32,000 bases of DNA. Source: Patescibacteria group bacterium (lineage in GTDB: Bacteria; Patescibacteriota; Patescibacteriia; 2-01-FULL-39-33). Positions 1 through 8,487 of the stretch are shown piece after piece. The notes under the pieces were generated by a model that was not told the origin of the DNA, ran no database searches, and was given only the letters and a program-made list of their open reading frames with translations. The first letter of the stretch is position 1; every line of letters starts with the position of its first letter. The position numbers and the translations under genes were made by a program. The stretch covers positions 180,001 through 212,000 of the forward strand of contig JBAZMW010000001.1 of NCBI GenBank assembly GCA_041649575.1. The letters run 5' to 3'.

Positions 1-342
1 CATTCTCATATCGGCCGCATGTTCCGCCTCATCTTCCTGTCTGGCTTGCGCGACCATTTCATCGGAGACTCTGGCTTTTGCTTCAGCGATTTTCTCCGCG
101 TCGCCGGTCGTCAGTTCTTCTATCTCGCCCGCCAAAGTCCTGGGGTTGATATAAGCCAGTTGTGGCTTTGTCATGCCCTCAAGCTCTTTGATCAGGTCTT
201 CCAGAAGAACCATTGAGACCCTGTCGATGATGGTTTCCGGGGTGTCTCCCTCTCGCAGGTTGATGTGGGCGTCACCGGGAGCGCCAACGCCCCCTACGCC
301 CACATTAATTGAGCTGATTGTCCGCGCGCTGTCGTCTGGCAT
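1..342 (-). CDS. Hypothetical protein, 3'-truncated by window edge (MPDDSARTISSINVGVGGVGAPGDAHINLREGDTPETIIDRVSMVLLEDLIKELEGMTKPQLAYINPRTLAGEIEELTTGDAEKIAEAKARVSDEMVAQARQEDEAEHAADMRM...)
   Basis: Open frame from ATG at 342 to window start on minus strand with no stop; strong SD (GGAAAGGAGG) just upstream; not in ORF track because it runs off the edge. Confidence 0.75.
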   Translation of the reverse strand, partial: MPDDSARTISSINVGVGGVGAPGDAHINLREGDTPETIIDRVSMVLLEDLIKELEGMTKPQLAYINPRTLAGEIEELTTGDAEKIAEAKARVSDEMVAQARQEDEAEHAADMRM

Positions 343-372
343 AAGTAACCCTCCTTTCCAAGGACTAGCTAT

Positions 373-401
373 TTTATATCAGTTAACCGGCAAAAAAGCA
401 A
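373..401 (-). promoter_or_regulatory. Putative sigma70-type promoter (TTGCTT-17-TATAAA) for the 1..342 minus gene
   Basis: -35 at 396-401, -10 at 373-378 (reverse complement), spacer 17 bp. Confidence 0.45.
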
Positions 402-420
402 ACACCCTGATAAACGGGTG
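390..420 (-). terminator. Putative intrinsic terminator of the 440..874 minus gene
   Basis: On minus strand CACCC-GTTTATCA-GGGTG followed by TTTGCTTTTTT. Confidence 0.5.
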
Positions 421-439
421 CTTGTTGGTTTGATGGAGA

Positions 440-874
440 TTAAAGTATTATAAAAATCAAATAAAGCAAGATAGTCAGGCCGATGCCGATGCCCGTGCCG
501 ATAATTACTTCCATTAAGCCGTGGCCAACCCGTTCTGGCAGATAGGTGATCGTCTTTTTGTTTTTGAAAATTTCTTTGGCCAGACGATTGGTGAGAGCGG
601 CATTATCGCCGATTTCGCGGCGGAAACCGATAGCGTCCCGCACTACTATCACCCACAAGACAAAGGCAATGGCAAAGGCGGCGGAGTCAAATCTCTGGGT
701 CAGGCCGACAACAGTAGCCAGAGAAGTGACAAAAGCCGCATGAGAAGAAGGCATGCCGCCGTAATCTCTGACCAGGTGTTGCCAAGTCAAATTATTTGGT
801 ATACCATCAATAGAGAGTTTGATAATTTGAGTGGCGATACCCACTATAACGGGAATCAAGATTAACTCGAACAT
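440..874 (-). CDS. Divergent PAP2 family protein (DUF212/YuiD-like)
   Basis: 144 aa; motifs GGMPSSHAAFVTSLATVVG and VVRDAIGFRREIG typical of the divergent PAP2 family. Confidence 0.9.
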   Translation of the reverse strand: MFELILIPVIVGIATQIIKLSIDGIPNNLTWQHLVRDYGGMPSSHAAFVTSLATVVGLTQRFDSAAFAIAFVLWVIVVRDAIGFRREIGDNAALTNRLAKEIFKNKKTITYLPERVGHGLMEVIIGTGIGIGLTILLYLIFIIL

Positions 875-888
875 AGTTTTGATTTTTT

Positions 889-1737
889 ATGCAATATTTT
901 TTAGCAATTTTTGCCGGAGTTCTGCAGGGGCTGACTGAATTTTTACCGATTTCCAGCTCCGGACACCTGGTAATCTTTCATCAGATTTTTAAGGTTTCTT
1001 TTATTGGCGGTCCGGGCGCGGGCGAGAGCTTGTCGGGAGATTTATTGTTTGATGTGGTGCTGCATCTGGGAACTCTGGTGGCTCTCTTGGTCTTTTTTTT
1101 CCGTGATGTGGAAAAAATTGTTCGTGGTTTTTTCTCCAGCCTGACCAACTGGAACTGGGCCAATAATTTTAATCAACGCCTGGCTTGGCTGGTAATTATC
1201 GGCACGATTCCGGCGGCAATCCTGGGGTTTTTTCTGGAAGATTTAATAACTAATTACTCGCGTTCCGCTTTTTTAGTGGCTATAATGTTGATTGTGGTGG
1301 CGGTACTATTTTGGATTTTTGAAAAATATTCTTTGAAACAGAAAGATTTGCAAACCGCCAGTAGATGGGATTCCTTGATTATTGGTTGCGCTCAAGCCCT
1401 GGCTCTGATTCCCGGAGTTTCACGCAGCGGCATTACCATTATAGCAGGTCTGGGCAGAAAGATGAAGCGAATCGAGGCCGCTAGGTTTTCTTTTTTGCTG
1501 TCGATGCCGATAATTTTTGCCGCCGGCATCAAAAAAATATTAGAAATCGACAGCTTGGCCAATGTTAATTGGCTAATTTTGATTATTGGTTTTTTGACGG
1601 CCACCGTCTCTGGCTATTTGGTGATAAAATACTTTCTTAAATACCTGAATCGTCATTCTCTGAATATTTTTGCCTGGTATCGATTGATAATTGGCTGTTT
1701 GATATTGATTTGGTTGATTTTTTTCTTTGGCGCATAG
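889..1737 (+). CDS. uppP: Undecaprenyl-diphosphatase (BacA family)
   Basis: 282 aa; motifs LQGLTEFLPISSSGHLVI and PGVSRSGITI; multiple TM segments. Confidence 0.96.
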   Translation: MQYFLAIFAGVLQGLTEFLPISSSGHLVIFHQIFKVSFIGGPGAGESLSGDLLFDVVLHLGTLVALLVFFFRDVEKIVRGFFSSLTNWNWANNFNQRLAWLVIIGTIPAAILGFFLEDLITNYSRSAFLVAIMLIVVAVLFWIFEKYSLKQKDLQTASRWDSLIIGCAQALALIPGVSRSGITIIAGLGRKMKRIEAARFSFLLSMPIIFAAGIKKILEIDSLANVNWLILIIGFLTATVSGYLVIKYFLKYLNRHSLNIFAWYRLIIGCLILIWLIFFFGA

Positions 1738-2438
1738 AGAATAAGGCAAAAGCCGACAAAAACCATCAGCAAATAATTGTTTAAGCGGTTGAGCTCTTCC
1801 AGGTTTTCCAGTCTGACCAGTTTTTGCCAAAAATCCTCGGGGTAAAAATAATTGGCAGCCGGCTTTTGGTCACTGGAGTCGGCAGCAGAATCGGTTTCGG
1901 TGTCGCCCAGGACTCGGCTGCCAAAAAGTTGCACCACCACTATGGCCGAGTGATTTTCAAACTTTCCTTTCAGAGCGGCCAGCCCGATTTCCTGGTATTG
2001 CGGCTTGACAATATTGTCTCGATGACTGGGGCTGTCAATCCAGGCGCGAAAAAGGTCTTGACTGTTATTAAAATCAATAGCCAGGTTTTCGCCAACGTAA
2101 AAATAATTGTAATTAATTTCTTTGATCCATTGAGAGAACTTTTTGCCGCTGGGTGAGGTGTGGCTGAAATATTGATTAGTCAAAAGATCACTGGCCTTGT
2201 TAACCGCCGCCTGTGTCAGACGAGCATTGACTTTTAGGGGATTGAGCCCCAGGCTAAGCCGGTAATTATTGGTTAAATCAATCAACTCTTGCGGCTTAAT
2301 GGCCGTTTCCTCGTTAAGATTCGGGTTTACCCGCGGATACAAGAAAATTGTCGTGGTTAAAGCGATTTTACTGATAATCAAGACTACCGTTAAAAACAAA
2401 ATTAGTTTTTTGAAAGACTGGAGACTCAAATTTAGCAA
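1653..2438 (-). CDS. CAP/SCP-like domain protein with N-terminal signal/TM segment and C-terminal TM segment
   Basis: 261 aa; LTNNYRLSLGLNPLKVNARLTQAAVNKA, YFSHTSPSGKKFSQWI, GENLAIDF, AWIDSPSHRDNIVKPQYQEIGLA. Confidence 0.88.
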   Translation of the reverse strand: MLNLSLQSFKKLILFLTVVLIISKIALTTTIFLYPRVNPNLNEETAIKPQELIDLTNNYRLSLGLNPLKVNARLTQAAVNKASDLLTNQYFSHTSPSGKKFSQWIKEINYNYFYVGENLAIDFNNSQDLFRAWIDSPSHRDNIVKPQYQEIGLAALKGKFENHSAIVVVQLFGSRVLGDTETDSAADSSDQKPAANYFYPEDFWQKLVRLENLEELNRLNNYLLMVFVGFCLILYAPKKKINQINIKQPIINRYQAKIFRE

Positions 2439-2517
2439 TTAAAAATTAATTAAAACTCACATATATTATAGCATAAATATTGTCTTAGCGGTTAGGTCAG
2501 GCTATTAAAAAACAGTT

Positions 2518-3525
2518 ATGGTTATAAAAATAAAATTAATAATAATTTTGGTTTTAATCGCGGCGCTAATCGGCGGTTTTTATCTGGCGAGTTTGATTTT
2601 GTCGCCGGCCAGCCGTGAGAGTAAGGTGACTTATTTTTCCATTGAAAGCGGCGAGACGGTGGAACAAATTGCCCAGGATTTAAAAGAGCAAAAATTAATA
2701 AAAAGCGAGCTGGCTTTCAAAGCCTATGTACGCTTTGTGGGCGCGGGTAAAAAATTTGCGGCTGGCCAGCATCAGCTTGGGACCAATATGAGCACAAGAG
2801 AAATAGTCGGAGCTTTAACCAGCAGCGACAATATAAGTAATGAGAAAAAAATTATTATTTTAGAGGGCTGGAGAGCCGAAGATATTGCTAGCTATTTGGC
2901 CCGGGCCAACCTGGTTGATAAAAAGGAGTTTCTCAAAGCCTTACGGCTCGCCCTTTGGCGCGATAAGTATGATTTTTTGAAAGAGGTGCCCGCTAATAAT
3001 TTGGAAGGATTTCTGTTTCCTGATACTTATCGTGTTTTTGCCGATGCCACCAGCAGCGAGATAATAAAAAAAATGTTGGATAATTTTAATCAGAAACTGA
3101 CGGAAAAAATGAGGGCGGACATTAAGCGGCAAAATGGGGATGTTTTCAGTGTGATAATACTGGCTTCAATTATTGAGCGCGAGGGCTTGTCCGATAATGA
3201 CAAAAAGATGATTGCCGATGTATTTATAAAAAGACTAGAGAAAGGAATAGGGTTGCAATCGGACGCCACTATAAATTATATTACGGGCAAAGGAGATCTG
3301 CGGCCAAGTTTGGCGGATTTGCAAATCGATTCACCATATAATACTTATAAATATCGTGGTCTGCCACCGGGCCCAATTTCCAATCCAGGACTGGTCTCGA
3401 TAATGGCGACAATTTATCCGCAGCAAAATGATTATTATTACTTCTTGACCGACAAGAATGGCAAAGCCATCTTTGCCAAGACCTACGAGGAGCATCAGGC
3501 AAACATCAGAAAATATTTAGAATAA
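2518..3525 (+). CDS. mltG: Endolytic murein transglycosylase MltG (YceG-like)
   Basis: 335 aa; N-terminal TM, LEGFLFPDTYRV, LASIIEREG, IGLQSDATINYITG, SPYNTYKYRGLPPGPISNPG. Confidence 0.96.
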   Translation: MVIKIKLIIILVLIAALIGGFYLASLILSPASRESKVTYFSIESGETVEQIAQDLKEQKLIKSELAFKAYVRFVGAGKKFAAGQHQLGTNMSTREIVGALTSSDNISNEKKIIILEGWRAEDIASYLARANLVDKKEFLKALRLALWRDKYDFLKEVPANNLEGFLFPDTYRVFADATSSEIIKKMLDNFNQKLTEKMRADIKRQNGDVFSVIILASIIEREGLSDNDKKMIADVFIKRLEKGIGLQSDATINYITGKGDLRPSLADLQIDSPYNTYKYRGLPPGPISNPGLVSIMATIYPQQNDYYYFLTDKNGKAIFAKTYEEHQANIRKYLE

Positions 3526-3530
3526 TTTTT

Positions 3531-4082
3531 ATGGATCAAGGGCATTACACTCGTGGTGAAAAAGAATTTTTGTTAAAGATCGTCAGAACTACGCTGGAGA
3601 AATATTTACAGACGGATGAAAAGTTTGAGCCCCAGACAGTGAACCAGAGACTTTGGGAGAAGCGAGGCGTATTTGTGACTTTGCACAAAAAAGGCGAGTT
3701 GCGTGGTTGCATTGGTTATATCGAGCCGGTTGAGCCCATAATGATGGCGGTACGCGATAACGCTATTGCGGCGGCTAATGATCCGCGTTTTTTACCATTG
3801 GCGGAAGAAGAATTAAAAGAAATAGAGATTGAGATTTCTATTTTGACGCCCTTGGAAAAAACGGTTTTGAGCGAAATAAAAAAGGGTGATGGCGTAATGA
3901 TTAAACGAGGCAGAGCCGGCGCTACTTATTTGCCTCAGGTTTGGGACGATTTACCCGAGCCAGAAGTATTTTTTGGCAGTTTATGTCAGAAAGCGGGACT
4001 AGAAAGAGAATGTTACAAAGATCAAAAGACAGAATTTTATAAATATTCGGCCATTGTTTTTAAAGAGGGGGAGATTTTGTAG
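3531..4082 (+). CDS. amrA: AmmeMemoRadiSam system protein A / AMMECR1-domain protein
   Basis: 183 aa; GVFVTLHKKGELRGCIGYIEP, DPRFLPLAEEELKEIEIEISILTPLE, LPQVWDDLPEPEVFFGSLCQKAGL. Confidence 0.88.
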   Translation: MDQGHYTRGEKEFLLKIVRTTLEKYLQTDEKFEPQTVNQRLWEKRGVFVTLHKKGELRGCIGYIEPVEPIMMAVRDNAIAAANDPRFLPLAEEELKEIEIEISILTPLEKTVLSEIKKGDGVMIKRGRAGATYLPQVWDDLPEPEVFFGSLCQKAGLERECYKDQKTEFYKYSAIVFKEGEIL

Positions 4083-4114
4083 GAGAAACGGGTGGAGTTA
4101 AAATTTTATTGCTG

Positions 4115-4142
4115 TTGACAAAATTTTTGTAGCTGCTATACT
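4115..4142 (+). promoter_or_regulatory. Putative sigma70 promoter (TTGACA-16-TATACT) of rplJL operon
   Basis: -35 4115-4120, -10 4137-4142, directly upstream of the L10 leader. Confidence 0.7.
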
Positions 4143-4149
4143 GTTATTA

Positions 4150-4266
4150 ACAATCAAATTTTCCACAGACAATGGGCGCCCAAAAGGCTTAATTTACCGC
4201 CAAAGCGGTAGACCTATCGAGGAAATAAGGCTAGAGAGCCATTTTTCGAGTCTGTGGAAAACCACG
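4150..4266 (+). promoter_or_regulatory. Ribosomal protein L10 leader RNA
   Basis: Closing stem TTTTCCACAGAC (4159-4170)/GTCTGTGGAAAA (4250-4261), internal GGGCGCCCAAAAGGCTTAATTTACCGCC...GGCTAGAGAGCC, immediately upstream of rplJ. Confidence 0.88.
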
Positions 4267-4293
4267 GATTTTTATTTTATAATCATAATTTTT

Positions 4294-4821
4294 ATGCCAA
4301 AAACCAAAATTAAAAAGCAGGAGATTTTAAAAAGCTTGGAAGAGCAAATCGCTCAAGCCAAGTCGGTTGTTTTCGTTAATTTTTCTGGTATACCGGTAAA
4401 AGAGATTGATGCTCTAAGAAGTAAGGGTAAGGAACAAAAAATTTCTTATACGGTCACCAAAAAAACATTGCTAAAGAGGGTGTTAAAAGAGGGTGGCTAT
4501 AAGATTGAGGCAGATAATGATTTTTCAGGGGAGCTGGCCGCTGTTTTAGGTTTGGAGGATGAGGTGGCGCCAGCCAAGCTGGTGAACGACTTTGCTAAAA
4601 GTAATGACAAGTTAAAAATTATTGGTGGTATTTTGGAACACAATCTGATCGGCTCTGATAAAATAGTGGCCTTAGCTAAGCTGCCTTCCAAAAAAGAATT
4701 ATTGGCCAGGGCAGTTGGCAGTTTAGCCGCTCCGTTATCGGGATTGGTTAATGTTCTAGAGGGTAATTTGCGCGGTTTGATTTATGCCTTGGGCGCCATC
4801 AAAGACAAAAAGTCAGCTTAA
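4294..4821 (+). CDS. rplJ: Large ribosomal subunit protein uL10
   Basis: 175 aa; KSVVFVNFSGIPVKEIDALR, YTVTKKTLLKRVL, KLPSKKELLARAVGSLAAPLSGLVNVL. Confidence 0.97.
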   Translation: MPKTKIKKQEILKSLEEQIAQAKSVVFVNFSGIPVKEIDALRSKGKEQKISYTVTKKTLLKRVLKEGGYKIEADNDFSGELAAVLGLEDEVAPAKLVNDFAKSNDKLKIIGGILEHNLIGSDKIVALAKLPSKKELLARAVGSLAAPLSGLVNVLEGNLRGLIYALGAIKDKKSA

Positions 4822-4851
4822 TTAAAAAAATAAATTAATAATTTAAAATCT

Positions 4852-5280
4852 ATGTCAGAAGAAAAACCTGTCTCGCCGAGCCAAGGCGGAGAAGTGATTG
4901 TTCCGGAAAGGTTCAAAACACTGGTAGAGCAAATCGAAAAACTAAGCGTTTTGGATTTATCGGAATTAGTTAAGGTGTTGGAAGAAAAATTTGGCGTGTC
5001 CGCCGCCGCTCCGGTAGCCATGATGGCTGCTGGCGCCGCCGCCGCTCCGGCCGAAGCTGTCGAAGAAAAGAGCAGTTTTGATATCGAGTTAACCGCCGCC
5101 GGAGAAAACAAGATTGCCGTCATCAAGGCGGTGCGGGTGGTCACCGAACTGGGCCTGAAAGAAGCCAAAGATTTGGTGGACGGAGCTCCTAAGATGGTTA
5201 AGGAAGGCGTCAAAAAAGAGGATGCCGAAAAGATCAAGAAAGAATTGGAAGCGGCCGGCGCCACCGTCACCCTAAAATAA
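4852..5280 (+). CDS. rplL: Large ribosomal subunit protein bL12 (L7/L12)
   Basis: 142 aa; [89 protein letters not shown]. Confidence 0.98.
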   Translation: MSEEKPVSPSQGGEVIVPERFKTLVEQIEKLSVLDLSELVKVLEEKFGVSAAAPVAMMAAGAAAAPAEAVEEKSSFDIELTAAGENKIAVIKAVRVVTELGLKEAKDLVDGAPKMVKEGVKKEDAEKIKKELEAAGATVTLK

Positions 5281-5290
5281 AAGGGCTGAT

Positions 5291-5325
5291 AAAAACACCC
5301 CGAAAGATCTCGGGGTGTTTTTGGT
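5291..5325 (+). terminator. Intrinsic terminator, bidirectional (rplL and 5328..7733 minus gene converge here)
   Basis: AAAAACACCCCGA-AAGATC-TCGGGGTGTTTTT. Confidence 0.93.
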
Positions 5326-5327
5326 TT

Positions 5328-7733
5328 TTAGAAATTAATGTCGATTTGGTAAATTTTATTATCTGCCAGCAGGTAGATTTTTTTATCTTTTTCGGCCACC
5401 GACATGGCTTTTATTTCAGAAAAGTTTTTGGAAATGAATTGGGTCTTCAGGTTGCCTTTTTTGTCTACGACAACGATTCTTTTATTGGTTCGATTTAGCA
5501 GGTAAAGATAGTTAGAATCGGCTTCGGTTTGGATTTGGGCGATATCACTGAAGGCTGGGTCGAGCTTGATACTGAAAGATTCTTTTATTTTGCCGGCAGC
5601 CAAATAATTTATTTCCCCATTGTTTTTGGCGGTAAAAACACCGCCGTCGATAGCCAAGGCGGTGGCCTCCTTAACGCTGGTACCGTCTTTAATCCAGGGA
5701 CTACCGGAGTTGTAGACGTCATTACTGGGGTAGTGTTTGAAAATTTGATTTTTGGCGGTTTTGAGCGTATAGAGCTTGTCGCCATAAACAGCAAAATCTC
5801 TAATAGCAGTGTCGGCGGTGAGAACTTTCTCGGTGGTACCGCCGGAAAAATTGTGGCGGAAAAATTCCCGGTCGCCATTTAAAATTAAAACGCTATTATT
5901 TAAGGCGACGATCTTGGCCACTTGAGTTAAGGGGTTGTTGAGCTGGATAGGGATGGTTTGCGATTTATCCAAATCTATTTTATAGAGTTTTTGATTCTGG
6001 TTGTCGAAGGTAAACAGCAGACCGCCACTCTTTGCTAAACCGACCGTCTGGGAATCAGGGTTCTGATTTTTTAGATCGGCGACTACTTTAGGATTTTCCA
6101 AGTAAGAGACTTTTTGCAAAAGCTGATTCAGATCGGAGACTTTTTTGCCTAAATCGTCGCGGGTTTTTTTGTATTTGCGGGTCAAGGGAATTTTTCCCAA
6201 CAGCTCGCTGGCCTGGCTCAGGGAATTCTTGGCTCCCGCTTCGTCATTGAAAATATTTTGCGCTTCGGCGGAGTTGATGCTCTCCTCGATTTGTTTGGTC
6301 AGCTCATCAATATTTACTTGGGAGTTGGCCGTTGCCTCCCGTCCTTGCCAGACCAGACTTTGGCAAAACAAAAAAACCAAAACAAAGAGAGCGATTATTA
6401 GTATTTGCTTGGGTCGGCGAAGGTTGATAAATTTGGCGATTTGCCGGTTTAGCCAGTCGCTAATAGCCAAGAGCGGCCTGGGTCTTTTTTGAAAAGTTAT
6501 TATTTTTTTGTAATTATCCAGGTTGATCTGATCGGCGATTCTTTTTATTACCGCGGCCGGCCGGATAATCTTTGGCTCTCTTGTTTCGGCCAACTCGTTT
6601 GAGGCCAACGATTCATCGGCCATTCTTTTTTTAGCAACCTCGATTCTTGGCGGCTCGGCGGCGCTGGACAAGGCCTGCTCCGGAGCGGTTTCGTCAGCGA
6701 AAGAAAAATCTTCTGGAGTCGGCTTGACCTGGGGCCGGCGGGCAACAATTTTTTGTTTGAAACCAGAGAAAACGGCAGAAACTGCCAGGCCAATTTTTGC
6801 CAAACCAATTTTTAGATAACCAAATAATTTTTTTGTCGCTTTACCCAGAGCGGAAAAAATTATAATCAGCGCCTTCTTCCAATTAGGCAACAGGGAAGGG
6901 GTAAGATACTTTTCGGTTTTTTCCTGGGTGTCGAGTAGCCGGTTGATGGAGTGTTGGGGGTGGGCATTGGGTCCACTAAGAGCTCTGTCTGCTACCAGTC
7001 GTTGGCTTGTTTCTTTGGTGGCGGCTTCTTCCTCGGGGCCTGGCGATTGGATAATAACGGCATAAAAATTACCCTTGGCTCCTTGCATTTTCAGCACTTT
7101 TTCTATTTCACTGATAGTGGCCATGGAAGTGTTTTCAGCGGCAATCTCCATTAAGTTGCTTTGCGACAAATATTCTAGAATAGCGTTGTTACAAATCAGC
7201 AGGTCGTCTTTGGAAGTAATAGAGCCGCTGATAATATTGGAGAACATCTTTTCCGGATTGTGCTTGGATTTTTTTTCTCCCGCTTGGCTAAAAATGTCAA
7301 TGATTAAATGTTCGTAGCGTTTTTTGTAATGGAAGAGAAAGGCGTTGTTTTTGCCGATCTGGCTAAGATAGATTTTGTTTTTGTGGATCAGGCCGATTAA
7401 GGAATTAATGCCGCCCAGATCGATTTCGGCAATGGATTCCTGGATCATCCTGTAAAGCCGGCGGTTGGCTCGTTGCAGGCATTCCTCGAATCTTTTTTCC
7501 AGGCCGTATTCTATCTCGAAAGGCGGCAAATAATATTCTGTCTGTAAATCAGAAATAATTTCGGAAAATTTTTCCGTCACCTCGTCGGGTAGGCCGGAAA
7601 GTTCTATAATACCGAAAATCACGCCTAGTTTGTTTTTAAGCTCTTTATCGGTATCGGCGATGAAAGCGTCGCCCAGCACGTCCGGATCGGTCTCCCAGGC
7701 CAGCCGGCCAATTTTTATTGGAAAGTTAGTCAT
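5328..7733 (-). CDS. Membrane protein: N-terminal PP2C-like (apparently degenerate) domain, central TM segment, C-terminal beta-propeller-like region
   Basis: 801 aa; GRLAWETDPDVLGDAFIADTDKELKNKLGVIFGI, QIGKNNAFLFHY, TSKDDLLICNNAILEYL; TM ILIIALFVLVFLFCQSLVW; C-terminal repeats of the VVALNNSVLILNGD / KLYTLKTAKNQIFKH / IYLLADNKIYQI kind. Confidence 0.75.
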   Translation of the reverse strand: MTNFPIKIGRLAWETDPDVLGDAFIADTDKELKNKLGVIFGIIELSGLPDEVTEKFSEIISDLQTEYYLPPFEIEYGLEKRFEECLQRANRRLYRMIQESIAEIDLGGINSLIGLIHKNKIYLSQIGKNNAFLFHYKKRYEHLIIDIFSQAGEKKSKHNPEKMFSNIISGSITSKDDLLICNNAILEYLSQSNLMEIAAENTSMATISEIEKVLKMQGAKGNFYAVIIQSPGPEEEAATKETSQRLVADRALSGPNAHPQHSINRLLDTQEKTEKYLTPSLLPNWKKALIIIFSALGKATKKLFGYLKIGLAKIGLAVSAVFSGFKQKIVARRPQVKPTPEDFSFADETAPEQALSSAAEPPRIEVAKKRMADESLASNELAETREPKIIRPAAVIKRIADQINLDNYKKIITFQKRPRPLLAISDWLNRQIAKFINLRRPKQILIIALFVLVFLFCQSLVWQGREATANSQVNIDELTKQIEESINSAEAQNIFNDEAGAKNSLSQASELLGKIPLTRKYKKTRDDLGKKVSDLNQLLQKVSYLENPKVVADLKNQNPDSQTVGLAKSGGLLFTFDNQNQKLYKIDLDKSQTIPIQLNNPLTQVAKIVALNNSVLILNGDREFFRHNFSGGTTEKVLTADTAIRDFAVYGDKLYTLKTAKNQIFKHYPSNDVYNSGSPWIKDGTSVKEATALAIDGGVFTAKNNGEINYLAAGKIKESFSIKLDPAFSDIAQIQTEADSNYLYLLNRTNKRIVVVDKKGNLKTQFISKNFSEIKAMSVAEKDKKIYLLADNKIYQIDINF

Positions 7734-7844
7734 TTAAATAAATAATAAAGAAACAGAGAAGCTTAAATGATTTTACATTAAATCTACAATATTATACAAT
7801 ATTTAACAGAGTTAAGTCCAATATTACTTTACAGGACACAAGGC

Positions 7845-8468
7845 ATGCTTGAACAACTTTTTGGTTCAAAAACCAGAGTTTGTTTACTTCGGCTTTTTTT
7901 AAACAACCCGGAGAAATTTTTCTTTGTGCGAGAATTGTCCAGAAATTTAGAATTACAGCTCAACTCAATCCGCAGGGAACTGGAAAATCTGGAAAATATC
8001 GGCATCATTACCTGCCACACAAAAAGGGATTTGGAGAAGGAAGTGGAAAAAGAATTAAAGGACAACAAAAAGTATTACAAACTCAATAATAATTTTGTTT
8101 TTGTCGAGGAACTTCGTGTGCTGCTTATTAAGGCTCAGCTGATATTGGAAAAATCGCTGGTGGAAAAGGTGGAAAAACTGGGCAGCGTTCATTTCTTTTT
8201 GTTGTCGGGAATTTTTGTAGGTCGCAGTGACGCGCCGGCTGATTTATTGGTAGTCGGCAAAGTCAATCGCAGAAAGTTTCATAATTTGATCAAGGGATTT
8301 GAGAAAGAATTGGGCCAGTCGATAAATTATACCGTAATGACTAGAGCCGATTTTCAATATCGTCGCGATGTGACTGATAAGTTTTTATACGATTTGTTAG
8401 AAGGAAAAAACATGGTGATTATGGACAGGTTGCCGCCACAATCAACCAGAGTTTATAAAAAGCATTGA
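7845..8468 (+). CDS. Winged-HTH transcriptional regulator fused to nucleotidyltransferase-like domain
   Basis: 207 aa; MLEQLFGSKTRVCLLRLFLNNPEKFFFVRELSRNLELQLNSIRRELENLENIGII; FLLSGIFVGRSDAPADLLVVGKVNRRKFHNLIKGFEKELGQSINYTVMT. Confidence 0.75.
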   Translation: MLEQLFGSKTRVCLLRLFLNNPEKFFFVRELSRNLELQLNSIRRELENLENIGIITCHTKRDLEKEVEKELKDNKKYYKLNNNFVFVEELRVLLIKAQLILEKSLVEKVEKLGSVHFFLLSGIFVGRSDAPADLLVVGKVNRRKFHNLIKGFEKELGQSINYTVMTRADFQYRRDVTDKFLYDLLEGKNMVIMDRLPPQSTRVYKKH

Positions 8469-8487
8469 TTTTAGAAACTAAAAGTTT

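Noticed and set aside
4818-5270. 150-aa minus ORF opposite rplL
   Set aside because: Exact antisense shadow of the Ala/Lys/Glu-rich L7/L12 gene.
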